A stretch of 64,000 bases of DNA from a virus. This document shows positions 26,501 through 35,206 of this stretch, in pieces; the first letter of the stretch is position 1; every line of letters begins with the position of its first letter. The translations under genes and the position numbers were made by a program. The stretch lies in the IMG/VR virus record IMGVR_UViG_3300021490_000002, positions 1-64,000 of that record; one strand, 5' to 3'. The notes below the pieces were generated by a model. That model saw only the letters and a program-made list of their open reading frames with translations, did not search any database and was not told where the DNA came from.

Positions 26501-27073
26501 GTAGTTTTAGATTCATTTGATGACAGTGAATTGCCCGCTTTTGCCTCTGGAGGATTTGCGGGATTGGTAAGGAAAGGGCAGACAGATAAAGATTCCGTTG
26601 TAGCAAAGCTTGCAAAAAATGAATTTGTAGTAAATAATAGGATTGTCAGCGAACTCGGGGTGGATTTTTTTGAAAAGATAAACCAGGGTGATTTTGTAAG
26701 TGCACAATCGTTACTAAATAAAAAGATAATACATACGCCAACTGCAAATCCTGTTAATACTGGAAGAGAAGTTATGAAGTTTGCAAATACATTTAGTAGC
26801 ATAAAAACCCAGGAAGTAAGACCTATTAATGTAGGGCTGGAAATACCCGAAGCTGGAAAGTTCTCAAGGCGGGAGCCTTCAAAAGAAACAACAAAAGAGC
26901 AACCATCTAAAACGTTTCCTTCCCCAGAAACAGAGGCTCCAAGAGTTGAGGTGGTAAATATAGCAGAGCCTGCAATAGCCAGAAGGTATATTAATTCTAC
27001 TGAGGGTAAGGAGCGGATTGTGAACATAATAACAGGACAACCATTATTTAAACGATACTTTTCAAAATTTTAA
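17549..27073 (+). CDS. Tape measure protein (TP901-type core), 3174 aa
   Basis: Long helical protein; IAKAG...LA...A...SLDGLKTAIGYVAGIA...LTNAGLQASKAGT core; C-terminal FASGG...DSVVAKLAKNEFVVN. Confidence 0.93.
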   Translation: MPNMEGFTVPFKLIVDAAGSIDKVINELLGQLRQLQNNVNIKIDADLGIDTARFIKDLNKVKLDVSRFKIDIPVYANTKALELVKKTVKVDVEAVKESLTSLVDSYTKRFEQLVNTTKAISKLKLTSPSQQKEFEALFQEGVRQLNMMKTAIENVYAHLQHLSVRLASAASAGNKQLITEIAGQYSQLSKISAEVTKRIEERFSKSFDSLLKQATAFANEINTISGSLVIPTFLTGEGIHRGGYFKELIAEAEKFKRVLMSVTMDEKQVGELLQGFDYSGISAMRAEVSRLQGEMSFLIDTIQKVKGEGGEEGAKKEIDISPYLKKFKEIRSQLLRVSEEYKAFVSQQLESNLQLKTGEEGWRKSLNVISSIVDMAAKYKSQILTLTEYLKEGYNILKVQDSFYSALLSLARSGQEVEAKKVADLVKESKFLEQAEQYLSNLVRYEREYSEALGSSLVGVRGRKVFLEEQLRVLKSMFVLTEGTNAANIFDQLVQTQEKLAETTALEKFKNDLASIGTTISSSPLAATKRLIKAVNEYSLATGKSAAESETTLSAITTLINQLVTNYKKLDNLKLPTETVLNFKKQIVDSLDIITQLGVVSESTAKEIRKAFGSEQIKLESLSFQLSAQKDIARNLEKVLALQVAGVDVVKNLEEMERQYIRAKRDGVDIENFLLKAVENRYAVTNNLVEVYRRFVELGKDVNLMPKQQLAQLESAKKTLELIVGLSKKLSEEERLKLGVDTESIKTYKTELMSLIAERTKEVEQIKVSEEFESKAIELIRRRSRLEAEVRQSLAEGTKLISEATNQYREYLSVVDKVILAIQKGVIGVEEDLSLSEVKKNVVSSIAKEYQTLVSLSQKYEAGSIEHIRILEQQKNLLKGMLDLVGTGKFEFPVGGFENVEAIKKAYQSVVETIQRLTIPTKESMFAIDTSKLVALEEKVKVIKRNLEATEFKISIDTSDFIKTIDSTEQVKTSLRSYASALRSLYTEQLRNKAATDEQRISTLKTLTSVEQELNITTEFERRLKSLSDYLASKSTTLEQFFSSPETVLQRLTTTELNTLQRRLTDVGVVLQKVFTVTPTTNPFKALADSAKVLEDRIKGVREVMAGLKEVSFADILKEREATLTAQIKERIADLQQGGNVIEKWRRLIESVNTALKEGVSINDEMLSVLFKEETIYRKIYEYAQQLVNYATANIDKLPKNIQQTLATQANEAKKILEQYSGVGNFEGYSEFTKSLTSLNKQVGVGEFENITKAMNQLEEVRRVISEMGEAFIGPTRKIKSDYEAVGGFVDATVKEIKKWRDLNDQILKDANFIKNVDEETYNIKRKDVQELNNMVRLLQRAQELNARLQSYSVKTGVSLEEMKTPEGLLKLNEATKSTPKLYLDILKANDEYAKLLKQISDTIPKSKELQEIFGAYASAFDKAAREADEVNTKLKTLETLKEKQVRREAGASILDIFRLNWFIQLRLFWQAYLFLGRLNEEAIEFLHNMKLLGAITQASSQDIETLTNAFDELGKTVAYSMSELAKAGTEIAKAGYSIQDTIKILETGSKLAYTTGASIEDSANVITTVLRAWSMDAGRAEEVSNILFNTIVNSKASLDGLKTAIGYVAGIAPQANVTFSEISAMLGILTNAGLQASKAGTYTRQFINALLNPSAKLIDSLHKVGLSLSDVDIKSGGIIKVLQRMHDAGFNVADAFDSMNVRAASAFSVLIRNTDILEEFTNTLESQQVLLDAFGESADSLKAHLTLMVNSLVTEFAKNMDSLSPVIEGVLAGAEDMITGVLRLVELFIGWMDNLGYTGKQTAVKFSEITTVMLALVSAMGLLSKIMPKLIGLFELFAGALNPWVFVALTTAFGSFLALARASISDIDEVTGKLSDLRDSLKELQSIAKEGINIRVKLERGIEIANLGNVFRDKLQEFYKVASSGNQKLIQKMFSRGDVKVVVRAFMESVTSALMNYPDKDIQEIGKRLRDQIFTMEAGPEEVARTVEQFYTTLTKLNGAFLKNADILKGKWTSALEKGTTVLEKLDDTMHQLIDSFKVLKEKKADLESLDWEASPQTIDTVTKAFTESRKQYLENLKKTFAIIQASFSAIPKTKEGIPQLEILQGQLERLKIIISEVTSLKGENAIFSKDEVAKLKEMTNAIDEFENKINVTKATIQKTVDETITDISSKVTQKTKESIQQADMAILKEVDKLLKDLKSLTSKVTVGVKLTLLSPQKGNIANLKKDLSDVYEKTQTILASITHLSRGVFSLSSSQAKELVQSLEQIWTAISTDLKRTAKDGVVTFDEITKAAERLRSSTSLRQFSLEGLMRVLGVGREAVQALENEVNAGLLDTFSNLEFKINEVGKALEYIQKHRKAFDAKDVKQVVNLLDNLLNKQVQFLQTITQASTSIFQSANYAMSISSSIREAFTGTASLDDLLGVSDTIKSLEKLKGNVTDVIIEFDALHSKFGDLSALLGKNAENSMIAQQAFAKLGRTASQRLDGLVDSLRSSATEIKNITNEIKNLNVEIAKIKFDWLKTLEEFKVKYKGPEYEFKAQQENLINQGKYVQEVLQNNPSIDTVVSALTEFRNSLIEFAKANAYQRVGKESFTRAEEITKAIIQLREKQKALLEARLQIQLNYYAMVSKFALSVIDLLGRIKGILGELYKVTAGQKAAGEAATKGQEGVKAPKAPTGVKPEAGKLQPPTKATKPTTPPAPTTTPEVAKTPNINTQSLQEYAQKLMESSQRLKQSSADLNSFINSLSKLGGALKRQKVNVLSAKEALMNYSASLGTINSIIQQTFNSMADTIRGTLANVMTSALKQAFEGDVDWYGLFSAFYYQIMQMYFDMLLKIMMQAMIQKLGGKELMDTLFGTSNASAFQSAVASSATSFSSAVNNASTEIITAGQTFHYYVANAALAIQNAAASLAAASASSAASTAFNPVSLMGPMMSLLSGAAGAGAPGGGGAKPPSGPYNNLQLPKPQFPSYKVFKGGLIPGYYTGGVVLDSFDDSELPAFASGGFAGLVRKGQTDKDSVVAKLAKNEFVVNNRIVSELGVDFFEKINQGDFVSAQSLLNKKIIHTPTANPVNTGREVMKFANTFSSIKTQEVRPINVGLEIPEAGKFSRREPSKETTKEQPSKTFPSPETEAPRVEVVNIAEPAIARRYINSTEGKERIVNIITGQPLFKRYFSKF

Positions 27074-27085
27074 GGAGGAGATTGT

Positions 27086-28669
27086 ATGGCTGTTCAGTGT
27101 GATTATATTAAAGGGCTGGCCTCTGACTATAAAGATATGTTATCTATTATAGTCGGCTGGCTTACAGGAGTAGTTGAAGGGCAACCTCCGTGTAGTTCAG
27201 CGTCTTGGACTAAACTACAGGATTATGTGGACTCGGATGGGGAACGATGTGTAATTTTAAAGAGTCAACCTGCTGATGAGTTACCTTTGTATGTGGGCCT
27301 CAAGACCTTTCGTGGATATGAGGGATTTCAACAGGAAGGGATTCAAATAAATGCCTACACTAATTTTGACCCCGATTTAGAATGGGATTGTCAGGCTGGC
27401 TCTTTAGCGGTAAGGGACAACTATAATTCCCAGTCTCATTTTTATGAGGGATGCCCTGCCGTTTTAGTAGGTAATCAACCCGTTTGTTATTGGTTGAAGG
27501 CTACAGACACACATATAGTTTGTATGATAAGGACTCCCACGGTTCCGCTAACATCCGATTATACTAAGTATAGAGGAGCGTTTGTTAATGAAATGTTCTA
27601 CTTGGGATGGGGTAAGAGATTAGTGCCTAAAGAAGGTTATCCGTATCCTATGGTGTGTAGCGGAACTACTTATACCCTCGGAACTCCAACACGTCCTATT
27701 CAAAGGAATTTTGTCTATGATAATGTATATGGGTCGCTCAGACATATTCCTCCATTTTATTGGGACTACATGATGTATGAGGGGATACAGAGTTTGGTGT
27801 TTTGCTATTTAGAATACACCACTACGATTAATAGAGAACCCCATATAAAAACTCGCTGGCCTTTTGAGCACGTTCCCCCGACAAACTCCTATGAACCACA
27901 CCATCCTGGGTCATTACCCTTAGCTGATTTTACTAACCCAATTTGCGGGCCTAAAGATTCAGAGGTTACTGCTTTGCTATCCATTCCTACAGTGCCTTTT
28001 CATGATGGTGAAAATGTTCCTTTTGGTGAAATGAGTCGTAAAGAGTCTTTATACGATGGGAAGCTTATATTCACTTACGACCAGGTTCAACTATCTAACA
28101 GGGCTTTGTACTTTGATGGCCTATGGGGTTGGTTTTCAACTTATCCTGTTAGAAATTCTTTTGTTCAAAGCTTATGTCATTGCACCTTAAAAGTATATGA
28201 ATGTGGCTCGCATAATTACTTAAACGATATCGGTGTTCCTCTCCCAGTATCCGCCTACCCTCTGGGAGTGAAACACGACCAAATACAAGCACACTTTGGG
28301 TGGAATCCAGCAGAGATAGTAGAGTCGTTTAATGATAGACGTCTGCTTATCCCAGTTTACTATTCTGTTGTTAATTCTATTATGGAAATGCAATCGTGTA
28401 CTCGTGAGGAATTTGGTGGTAGTGGTATATCTTATGATGATGAACAAGACAGAATACAAATAGCTGGAATCCTTGATGACTTATATTTTGTTCCAGGTTT
28501 AGGTCTTTCAGCACAAGATTTACTTAAAATAAGCACCCCAGATGGTGACCTTAATTTTATTGTAGTTCAAGATGTATATAGGTCAGGACCGTTTAATTTG
28601 GCAGTTATGAAATTAGGTATAAAAGAATGGCATGAAGAAAACCCTGGGCTAGAAGCTCCCAGAGGGTAA
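27086..28669 (+). CDS. Virion structural (tail-associated) protein
   Basis: Follows the tape measure; MFYLG...YPYPMV...IAGILDDLYFVPG...FIVVQDVYR. Confidence 0.6.
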   Translation: MAVQCDYIKGLASDYKDMLSIIVGWLTGVVEGQPPCSSASWTKLQDYVDSDGERCVILKSQPADELPLYVGLKTFRGYEGFQQEGIQINAYTNFDPDLEWDCQAGSLAVRDNYNSQSHFYEGCPAVLVGNQPVCYWLKATDTHIVCMIRTPTVPLTSDYTKYRGAFVNEMFYLGWGKRLVPKEGYPYPMVCSGTTYTLGTPTRPIQRNFVYDNVYGSLRHIPPFYWDYMMYEGIQSLVFCYLEYTTTINREPHIKTRWPFEHVPPTNSYEPHHPGSLPLADFTNPICGPKDSEVTALLSIPTVPFHDGENVPFGEMSRKESLYDGKLIFTYDQVQLSNRALYFDGLWGWFSTYPVRNSFVQSLCHCTLKVYECGSHNYLNDIGVPLPVSAYPLGVKHDQIQAHFGWNPAEIVESFNDRRLLIPVYYSVVNSIMEMQSCTREEFGGSGISYDDEQDRIQIAGILDDLYFVPGLGLSAQDLLKISTPDGDLNFIVVQDVYRSGPFNLAVMKLGIKEWHEENPGLEAPRG

Positions 28670-28690
28670 AGTATAAATGGAGGTAAACTT

Positions 28691-29857
28691 ATGGCAGTAC
28701 ATTATGAATACAGAACTAATATAAGCCTGCCCGATTTAGTTAGAAACATAAAGGACTTCCTTACTACTTATTCTCCTCCAGATGTTTCTACATTAATGTG
28801 GACGCTGGAGTACTCGTTAGATGCTGACCCTGGTAATTCCTTTTATACAGGCCCTATAGTATATATCTTAAGTAAGACCGTAGATGGAGGGGACAACAAG
28901 ATTTATGCTAAAATTGTTTATCAGAACGATACTATTTATATTCTAGCATCTCCTGATTATGATGACACGACAGATAATACTGCTGACTTGATTTTGAAGG
29001 GTTCGCAGAAGAATGAGGCTGAAACACACAATGATGATGTAGCAGTGTATTTGGTGGATGAAACCTTAGTAACTCCTCAAGATGCTTTGGTCTGTAGAAT
29101 AAAAATGAATGCTGACTTTGACCCTGCCAATGACCTTATAGCAAAAGCATGGTATGTTAGACAGTTAGCTCCTTTACTAGATAGTCCTAATATAACTGAT
29201 AGGAAAGAGACGGATATATTTTTCTGGCTATCGTTCGTTCGGGAAGAGGTTGGGGATAATCCAATTGATGTAAAAGGCTACTTTCAACATTTATCATTTG
29301 GAGTGTGTGGAGAAATTTTAACCGCAGATGTTGACCAGGGTAATGGTGTTGGCGTATATACCGCAGCAAGTTCTTTTGCGTTAGATAGTGAGTTGGATGA
29401 AGATGAGTCTCCTAGGACATATTGCGGTTGTGGCAACACTGATGATACTGCGGGCGCATGTATTTGTGTAGGTAACTGGGAAGGGAAGAAAACATGGTAT
29501 TATCCAGGCACTATGTATGGATATGCTAGAGACCCCTTTGATGTACGCTTTTTTGTAAACCCTGCAAATGTCGGGTTTGACTTTACAGAACTTTGTAAAT
29601 ATTCCAACTATGCAGGAGTTAGGATATTGACTCCAAGTTATGTCTTTGGAAAGTATGCAGGTCTCTGGAGGATAATTGCACGACTTCCGTTTTATTACAC
29701 TGATTTGCTTGGCCTGTATGCAGGGGATATTGTTACTCATACAGATGAGAGTGGCGACACACACTCTTTCATTTTATTCCCGTTTGTACATTACAACTGT
29801 TCCATTGCTGCAGGCGCAAGACGTGGGTATGGAGTTCCTTTACCAACAGAAGAATAA
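28691..29857 (+). CDS. Virion structural protein
   Basis: Tail module; FQHLSFG...YAGDIVT. Confidence 0.55.
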   Translation: MAVHYEYRTNISLPDLVRNIKDFLTTYSPPDVSTLMWTLEYSLDADPGNSFYTGPIVYILSKTVDGGDNKIYAKIVYQNDTIYILASPDYDDTTDNTADLILKGSQKNEAETHNDDVAVYLVDETLVTPQDALVCRIKMNADFDPANDLIAKAWYVRQLAPLLDSPNITDRKETDIFFWLSFVREEVGDNPIDVKGYFQHLSFGVCGEILTADVDQGNGVGVYTAASSFALDSELDEDESPRTYCGCGNTDDTAGACICVGNWEGKKTWYYPGTMYGYARDPFDVRFFVNPANVGFDFTELCKYSNYAGVRILTPSYVFGKYAGLWRIIARLPFYYTDLLGLYAGDIVTHTDESGDTHSFILFPFVHYNCSIAAGARRGYGVPLPTEE

Positions 29858-29870
29858 TTGGACGGCGTGA

Positions 29871-32327
29871 ATGTATGGAGATTGTTACTTTTATGGATTC
29901 TCTAATTTTTATGGTGGGCCTGAGCTTGTTGGAGTTACTCGGGCCCCTGTCCAATACATTTTACCTCCATTTGCCTGCCCAGAGTCAGGCGCTCCTAAAA
30001 TACAATCACAAATATTACCTACCTACACTCCCGTAGGACAAGCTTTAGCGCCAAATTCATCTGCCAATGAACTGGTTCGTACTTCAATAGAATTCCCTAA
30101 AGCGAAAATCCAAAAAGATTTTGTTAACATCCACGGACAAGAGCTAGATGTTACTTTTTGTGGTTTTGGTATCTTTGGTCCTCCCTGCTTCTTCGGAGGC
30201 CACACGTATGTTTATGTAAATTTAAGACCATTTCTTTACGACAGTGAAATTTATGATTTATACGCATACGAACAATCCATAGAAAACGTTCATGTTTATA
30301 AGGTTTTTCACGGTATTTCCGTTCTTAATTTTACTGAAGTTAAAACTAACTTTTCTGCGCCAGCAATAGAAACTTACGCAGTACTTTGTGATTCTTTTAA
30401 AAGTAGTGTTGACAACTTAATAGGAGTGACAGAGAAAAATTTTGTTGAAGTCTTACTCACACTTCCTCAACCTAAACTGGATTTATTAGGTGGACCTGCG
30501 TGGAGGGGGCATTTATTTAAAGACCTCCCTACACCATTTCATCTTTTCTCCCCAGCTTTTTCAGATGCTATTGACATAGCTAAGGGACTGCATCCTAAGT
30601 ATGCTTTTGGTTCAGAGTATAAGATTCCGACCCATATTCTTTCCTGGACGCAACTATATACTGAATCAATGATTCTGTTTTCTACGGTTACAGGAGATAT
30701 AATCCAATTAAGTTGGGATATGATTCCCCGCTCTGCTATTTACGGTGGAAATGTCCTTTACAGAAATTTTTATGGGACGCTCTACAGAGGTTTTTGGTAT
30801 GACTTCGTAATGTATGTTGGTAAGGGCGTTCCTTCTACCTTATTTTTAACTGCGGACTTGACATGCGTTAGCAAACCAAATCTACCTGACATAGAGGTAT
30901 TAGATTCTATTAAACACAGCCATACTGGAAACGAAGTCGCTCCTTTAATTCTTCGGGATTTATACGCAGCTACATTCCCTCAAAGAGATTTTATCGTACC
31001 TCATTTGAACTACAAAGATTATAGAGGGGTGATAGACTTTTTAGATAGTCTGACTTTTACAGACGTGGGTGGTATTAAGCCTCCACTTTACGATATTTCT
31101 CTTGCTGGTTTGCCTAGTATTCTACTCACACCTTATTCTCCTTTAGATTCTGGAAAGAGCATATGCTATGGAACGGATTTGTTAGATACATTTATGGCTA
31201 CACTGACATATCCTTTTTTGAGTGAAAACTTTAACATGGGTGCTTCTGCTTCCAGAATCATATATCCGACTCCAGAGTGGGTTGGGTTTACGGAGTATAG
31301 TTGTTTTGGTCTTGACAATCTGGACTCTATAGAACTTTCCTATAATTTAAATGCGCCGTCTCTTGTGGGGAATGACTATAGTTACCTACAGATGTTTGAT
31401 GCCGATTTAAGTTGTAAAGTTTACGCTGATTTTGGGATGGATATTCTTGAAGAATATAAAGTTTTAAATAACTTATGGAGTAGCGGTCCTATAAATGTAG
31501 TGTCAGATTGCCCTTCTTTTGAGCTTGCAGATTTTTGTTACGCTGAATTTACATATCGTATTGACATTATAGATTCTATTGATTCGGCAGTCCACTTAGC
31601 ATCGCCCGAACACGGCCTTTATATCCATTCAATTCCATTGTTTACAACTACTTTCTGCAATCCTTCTGGATATGAGGAAGATGCGCAGGAAGCTATGATT
31701 ATACATACATATGACAGCGACTTAGTTCCTGTTCCTTACGAAGCTATTGTATGTCCTCCACTGGAAGAGACTGAACTTTGCCCTGATGGTGCGCCGATAT
31801 ATTCGTTTGATACAGTAGAGTCATTTGAATACTTATATGAGCCGTACGGAGGGAATCTATATGACCGTATGGCTATTCCTTTAAAAACCATAGAAGTGGA
31901 ATCAAATTATTGCGCTTTTAAAGGAACTATTCCAACATTTATATTTTATATTCCAAATACAGTTGAAGGTAGGCCTGTCCATGCTTACAACATAACAAGT
32001 ACGATAGAGTCATTTGAATTTCCGACAGTAACATGCTTTCAAAGTGTCTGTATTTTTAATAATATTACTGACATCCTTGACAATGTTGTTTTCTTATCCC
32101 AGCCAAAACCAAATTACTTGCGAGATTTTACAAATATTGTTAAGTTTTTCATAACAGCAAAAACCGATATCATTGAGTATTATTGTGTAAATCCTTTTGT
32201 TGATATAATTGACTCAGTCTTATATACTGACTTTGAGCCTTTAATATGGTGGTTTGATTTTGCCTTGGAGTATGACTATGAGGATACTGGAAGGGAAGAG
32301 GTTTTATTGGGAATTCCCTTTGTATAA
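29871..32327 (+). CDS. Large hypothetical virion protein
   Basis: 818-aa ORF in the tail module. Confidence 0.5.
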   Translation: MYGDCYFYGFSNFYGGPELVGVTRAPVQYILPPFACPESGAPKIQSQILPTYTPVGQALAPNSSANELVRTSIEFPKAKIQKDFVNIHGQELDVTFCGFGIFGPPCFFGGHTYVYVNLRPFLYDSEIYDLYAYEQSIENVHVYKVFHGISVLNFTEVKTNFSAPAIETYAVLCDSFKSSVDNLIGVTEKNFVEVLLTLPQPKLDLLGGPAWRGHLFKDLPTPFHLFSPAFSDAIDIAKGLHPKYAFGSEYKIPTHILSWTQLYTESMILFSTVTGDIIQLSWDMIPRSAIYGGNVLYRNFYGTLYRGFWYDFVMYVGKGVPSTLFLTADLTCVSKPNLPDIEVLDSIKHSHTGNEVAPLILRDLYAATFPQRDFIVPHLNYKDYRGVIDFLDSLTFTDVGGIKPPLYDISLAGLPSILLTPYSPLDSGKSICYGTDLLDTFMATLTYPFLSENFNMGASASRIIYPTPEWVGFTEYSCFGLDNLDSIELSYNLNAPSLVGNDYSYLQMFDADLSCKVYADFGMDILEEYKVLNNLWSSGPINVVSDCPSFELADFCYAEFTYRIDIIDSIDSAVHLASPEHGLYIHSIPLFTTTFCNPSGYEEDAQEAMIIHTYDSDLVPVPYEAIVCPPLEETELCPDGAPIYSFDTVESFEYLYEPYGGNLYDRMAIPLKTIEVESNYCAFKGTIPTFIFYIPNTVEGRPVHAYNITSTIESFEFPTVTCFQSVCIFNNITDILDNVVFLSQPKPNYLRDFTNIVKFFITAKTDIIEYYCVNPFVDIIDSVLYTDFEPLIWWFDFALEYDYEDTGREEVLLGIPFV

Positions 32328-32352
32328 AAAATTTTAAAAAAGGAGTTGGGTT

Positions 32353-32823
32353 ATGGCTTTACTATATCCACGTCCAGTGACTGCCTGTTACGGCGTTTGG
32401 TTTACACTGGAAAACGACATAACTTTACTTAAGTATTCGGGAAGGTTTGTTGGGTATTCTATTGACACGGGCGAGCTAGTTTTAGCTAATGGTCCAAATG
32501 TTAAGGAGATAATCGGTTGGTTAGATATGCCCAACGATGCTCGTGTGTATCAGATGGAAAATGCGTATGAATCCATGAACAATCCAGATTACACTTACAA
32601 AGCTGGGGACCAGGTATTTCTAATTAATTCTATTCAGACTCGTTTTCTTATCCCAGCGGGAAGTGTGGCTGATTTGAAAGTTGGTATGTCTTATTCCTTG
32701 ACAATTGATTCTGACGGAAATCAAGTATTAGGACCACCCACACAATTACCTTCGTACGTTGTCTTGGATAAGGTTGAGGCCGATAACTATGTTATGGTAC
32801 ATCTACTAACAACACATTATTAA
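32353..32823 (+). CDS. Paralogue of the putative decoration protein 8680..9156
   Basis: Shared GWLDMPNDARVYQM and PDYTYKAGD. Confidence 0.7.
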   Translation: MALLYPRPVTACYGVWFTLENDITLLKYSGRFVGYSIDTGELVLANGPNVKEIIGWLDMPNDARVYQMENAYESMNNPDYTYKAGDQVFLINSIQTRFLIPAGSVADLKVGMSYSLTIDSDGNQVLGPPTQLPSYVVLDKVEADNYVMVHLLTTHY

Positions 32824-32840
32824 TTTAGAGGAGGTAAAGG

Positions 32841-34418
32841 ATGACTACTTTTTCTGAATGGTTCAACGTAAATTATCCAGGAGCGGGTGGTGGTAGCGGT
32901 GGTGGAAATATGAATACAGAGACTTATGACCCTGATGAGGATGGTATAGTTTCCAAGGCGGAGGCTCTCAGCGACGGAAACACTGAGGTTACTGCTTCTG
33001 AAGCTGCCGATGCAGTGTCTAAGTCTCACGAACAAAATACAGATACTGGAACAACTGCTGAAGAGTTTTATATTGAACTTGATGGAGCTCAAATTCCAGT
33101 TAGAGCACATATTGAAAGCACTAATAATCCTCACCATGTTACTAAGTTTCAGATAGGGTTAGGGAATGTAGAGAATATAAAAAATAATCTGAATGCTACA
33201 CAACCACCCACAACAGTAGATGATGAAGGGGAAGGTTATTCTGTTGGTTCTAGGTGGATTGATGTTAATGAAAAGAAAGAATATGTTTGCTTAGATGCAA
33301 CCGAAGGTGCTGCTATCTGGAAAGAGACAACATATATAGCTAGTGTCATCAATTCTTTTTTAGGCCTTTCAGATACTCCATCCACTTATAATGGAAGTGG
33401 AGGAAAGTTCTTACGTGTCTCTGATAGTGAGGATGGGATAGTTTTTGACACTGTACCTGAAGGTAATGAAGGAGATATGCGCACAGATGTTTATGACCCC
33501 GACAAAGATGGTATAGTAACTAAAGCAGAGATTCTTAGTAATGGAAGTACTGAGGTTACTGCTTCTGAGGCTGCTGATGCGGTAGGAAAAGCACACAATC
33601 AAAATACAGATACGGGAACAACTGCTGAAGAGTTTTACATAGATACTGAAAATGCTAATATTCCTGTTAGGGCCCACATAGAGAACACCAACAATCCGCA
33701 TCACGTGACAAAGAGTCAAATAGGTCTGGGTAATGTTGAAAACATAAAAAATAACTTAAACGCTACAGTATCTCCTTCTTCCAGTAACGATAGTAGTGAG
33801 GGTTACTCTGTAGGTTCTAGGTGGGTTAATGTTGACTCAAAAAAGGAATACGTTTGTCTGGATGCGACTGAGGGTGCTGCTATCTGGAAAGAGACAACAT
33901 ACATAGCAGACGTTATTACCACGTTTTTAGGATTGTCTGATACTCCAGATACCTACAGTGGAAGTGGAGGAAAGTTTGTTCAAGTTTCTGAGAATGAAGA
34001 TGGCTTAGTTTTTACTGAGTCCGCTCCAAACGATATAACTGCCCTGGAGATTCTAAATAAACTAAAAACGGTTGACGGAGCTGGTAGCGGACTTGATACT
34101 GATTTTATTAGAGGCCTTCCTGGGGATTTCACTTGCAGTAAGAATCCAATTGGATTTACTAAACTTCCAAACGGTATAATAATCCAATGGGGTAGAGTGG
34201 AAGAAGTTGAAGACGAACTTTGGGTTGTTTTTTATCCTATAGTTTTTCCAAATGACGTGTTATTTATTACCTTATCTACTCCCGTTAGATATAATACACA
34301 TATTCGTATGAAAAAAGATGAGGCTAATGTACTTGTTGAGGTGACAGATGCCTGGTTTTCTTTTAAAGGCGCACATAAAGAAGAAGCAGATTATTATTGG
34401 ATAGCGTTAGGCTACTAA
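32841..34418 (+). CDS. Tail fibre with internal tandem duplication and gp53-like C-terminal domain
   Basis: Two copies of about 185 aa (NPHHVTK.QIGLGNVEN); LKTVDGAGSGLD; TKLPNGIIIQWG...YWIALGY. Confidence 0.85.
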   Translation: MTTFSEWFNVNYPGAGGGSGGGNMNTETYDPDEDGIVSKAEALSDGNTEVTASEAADAVSKSHEQNTDTGTTAEEFYIELDGAQIPVRAHIESTNNPHHVTKFQIGLGNVENIKNNLNATQPPTTVDDEGEGYSVGSRWIDVNEKKEYVCLDATEGAAIWKETTYIASVINSFLGLSDTPSTYNGSGGKFLRVSDSEDGIVFDTVPEGNEGDMRTDVYDPDKDGIVTKAEILSNGSTEVTASEAADAVGKAHNQNTDTGTTAEEFYIDTENANIPVRAHIENTNNPHHVTKSQIGLGNVENIKNNLNATVSPSSSNDSSEGYSVGSRWVNVDSKKEYVCLDATEGAAIWKETTYIADVITTFLGLSDTPDTYSGSGGKFVQVSENEDGLVFTESAPNDITALEILNKLKTVDGAGSGLDTDFIRGLPGDFTCSKNPIGFTKLPNGIIIQWGRVEEVEDELWVVFYPIVFPNDVLFITLSTPVRYNTHIRMKKDEANVLVEVTDAWFSFKGAHKEEADYYWIALGY

Positions 34419-34437
34419 TTAAAAGGAGGTTATTAGC

Positions 34438-35004
34438 ATGAAATACGGTGTTTTTGATGAGAAAGGATTACCACAGGGATTTTACGATAGTAAAATTCAC
34501 GGTTCTAACATTCCGACAGATGCGGTAGAAATTTCCGATAGTGTATGGTTGGAGCTTATTCAAAATCCTGGGAAAAGGGCTTATGTTGGTGGGACTATTA
34601 TTGACATTTCTGCTAAGAAGTGGGACTCTTCTACAAATCAATGGGTAGATAAAAGCACAGACGAAATTTTGAATCCTTTGAAGGAAGCAAAAGCTGCTAA
34701 GCTAAAGGCAGAACTTCAGGACTTTGTATATTCGCATTATGATAACGGCACACAAGCTAGTTTCCTTTCTCTTTACCAGCTTGCAAAGGATAAAGGCAGA
34801 ACCGATATAATTACTGAAATCCAAAAGGTATGGGCATGGGTGAATACCGTCATGAATTACTACTACAACAAAAAATCCAGCATCCTAAACGCAACATCAA
34901 TAGATGAGTTGAATGCTATAACATGGGATTGGAGTGAAGTAGAGGAGACGGAGCATATTGAACTATCCACAATTATGGCAATGTTTAATCAAGAACAGCA
35001 ATAA
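34438..35004 (+). CDS. Tail fibre assembly protein
   Basis: GFYDSKIHG.NIP.DAVEISD..W; follows the fibre; SIDELNAITW. Confidence 0.75.
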   Translation: MKYGVFDEKGLPQGFYDSKIHGSNIPTDAVEISDSVWLELIQNPGKRAYVGGTIIDISAKKWDSSTNQWVDKSTDEILNPLKEAKAAKLKAELQDFVYSHYDNGTQASFLSLYQLAKDKGRTDIITEIQKVWAWVNTVMNYYYNKKSSILNATSIDELNAITWDWSEVEETEHIELSTIMAMFNQEQQ

Positions 35005-35019
35005 TAAAGGGGGCATAAA

Positions 35020-35202
35020 ATGAAGATTTCGTTTTTTAAAGCAATTTCTTTGGTAGGTCTTTTGGCAGAGGAATTAACTGAAATCGCAGCGGACGGAAAA
35101 ATAACTATCAAAGAGGCTATCGGTTTGGTAGAGAAAATTTGTGAAAAACTTGGAATAGACTTTGATAAAGAGGGGATAGATATTATAAAAAAGGAGGGCT
35201 AA
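35020..35202 (+). CDS. Small hypothetical protein
   Basis: SD; ADGKITIKE. Confidence 0.6.
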   Translation: MKISFFKAISLVGLLAEELTEIAADGKITIKEAIGLVEKICEKLGIDFDKEGIDIIKKEG

Positions 35203-35206
35203 CGAA

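Noticed and set aside
18379-27027. Many minus-strand ORFs inside the tape measure (and similar short antisense ORFs elsewhere)
   Set aside because: They are shadows of long plus-strand genes, with no recognisable motifs and mostly non-ATG starts.
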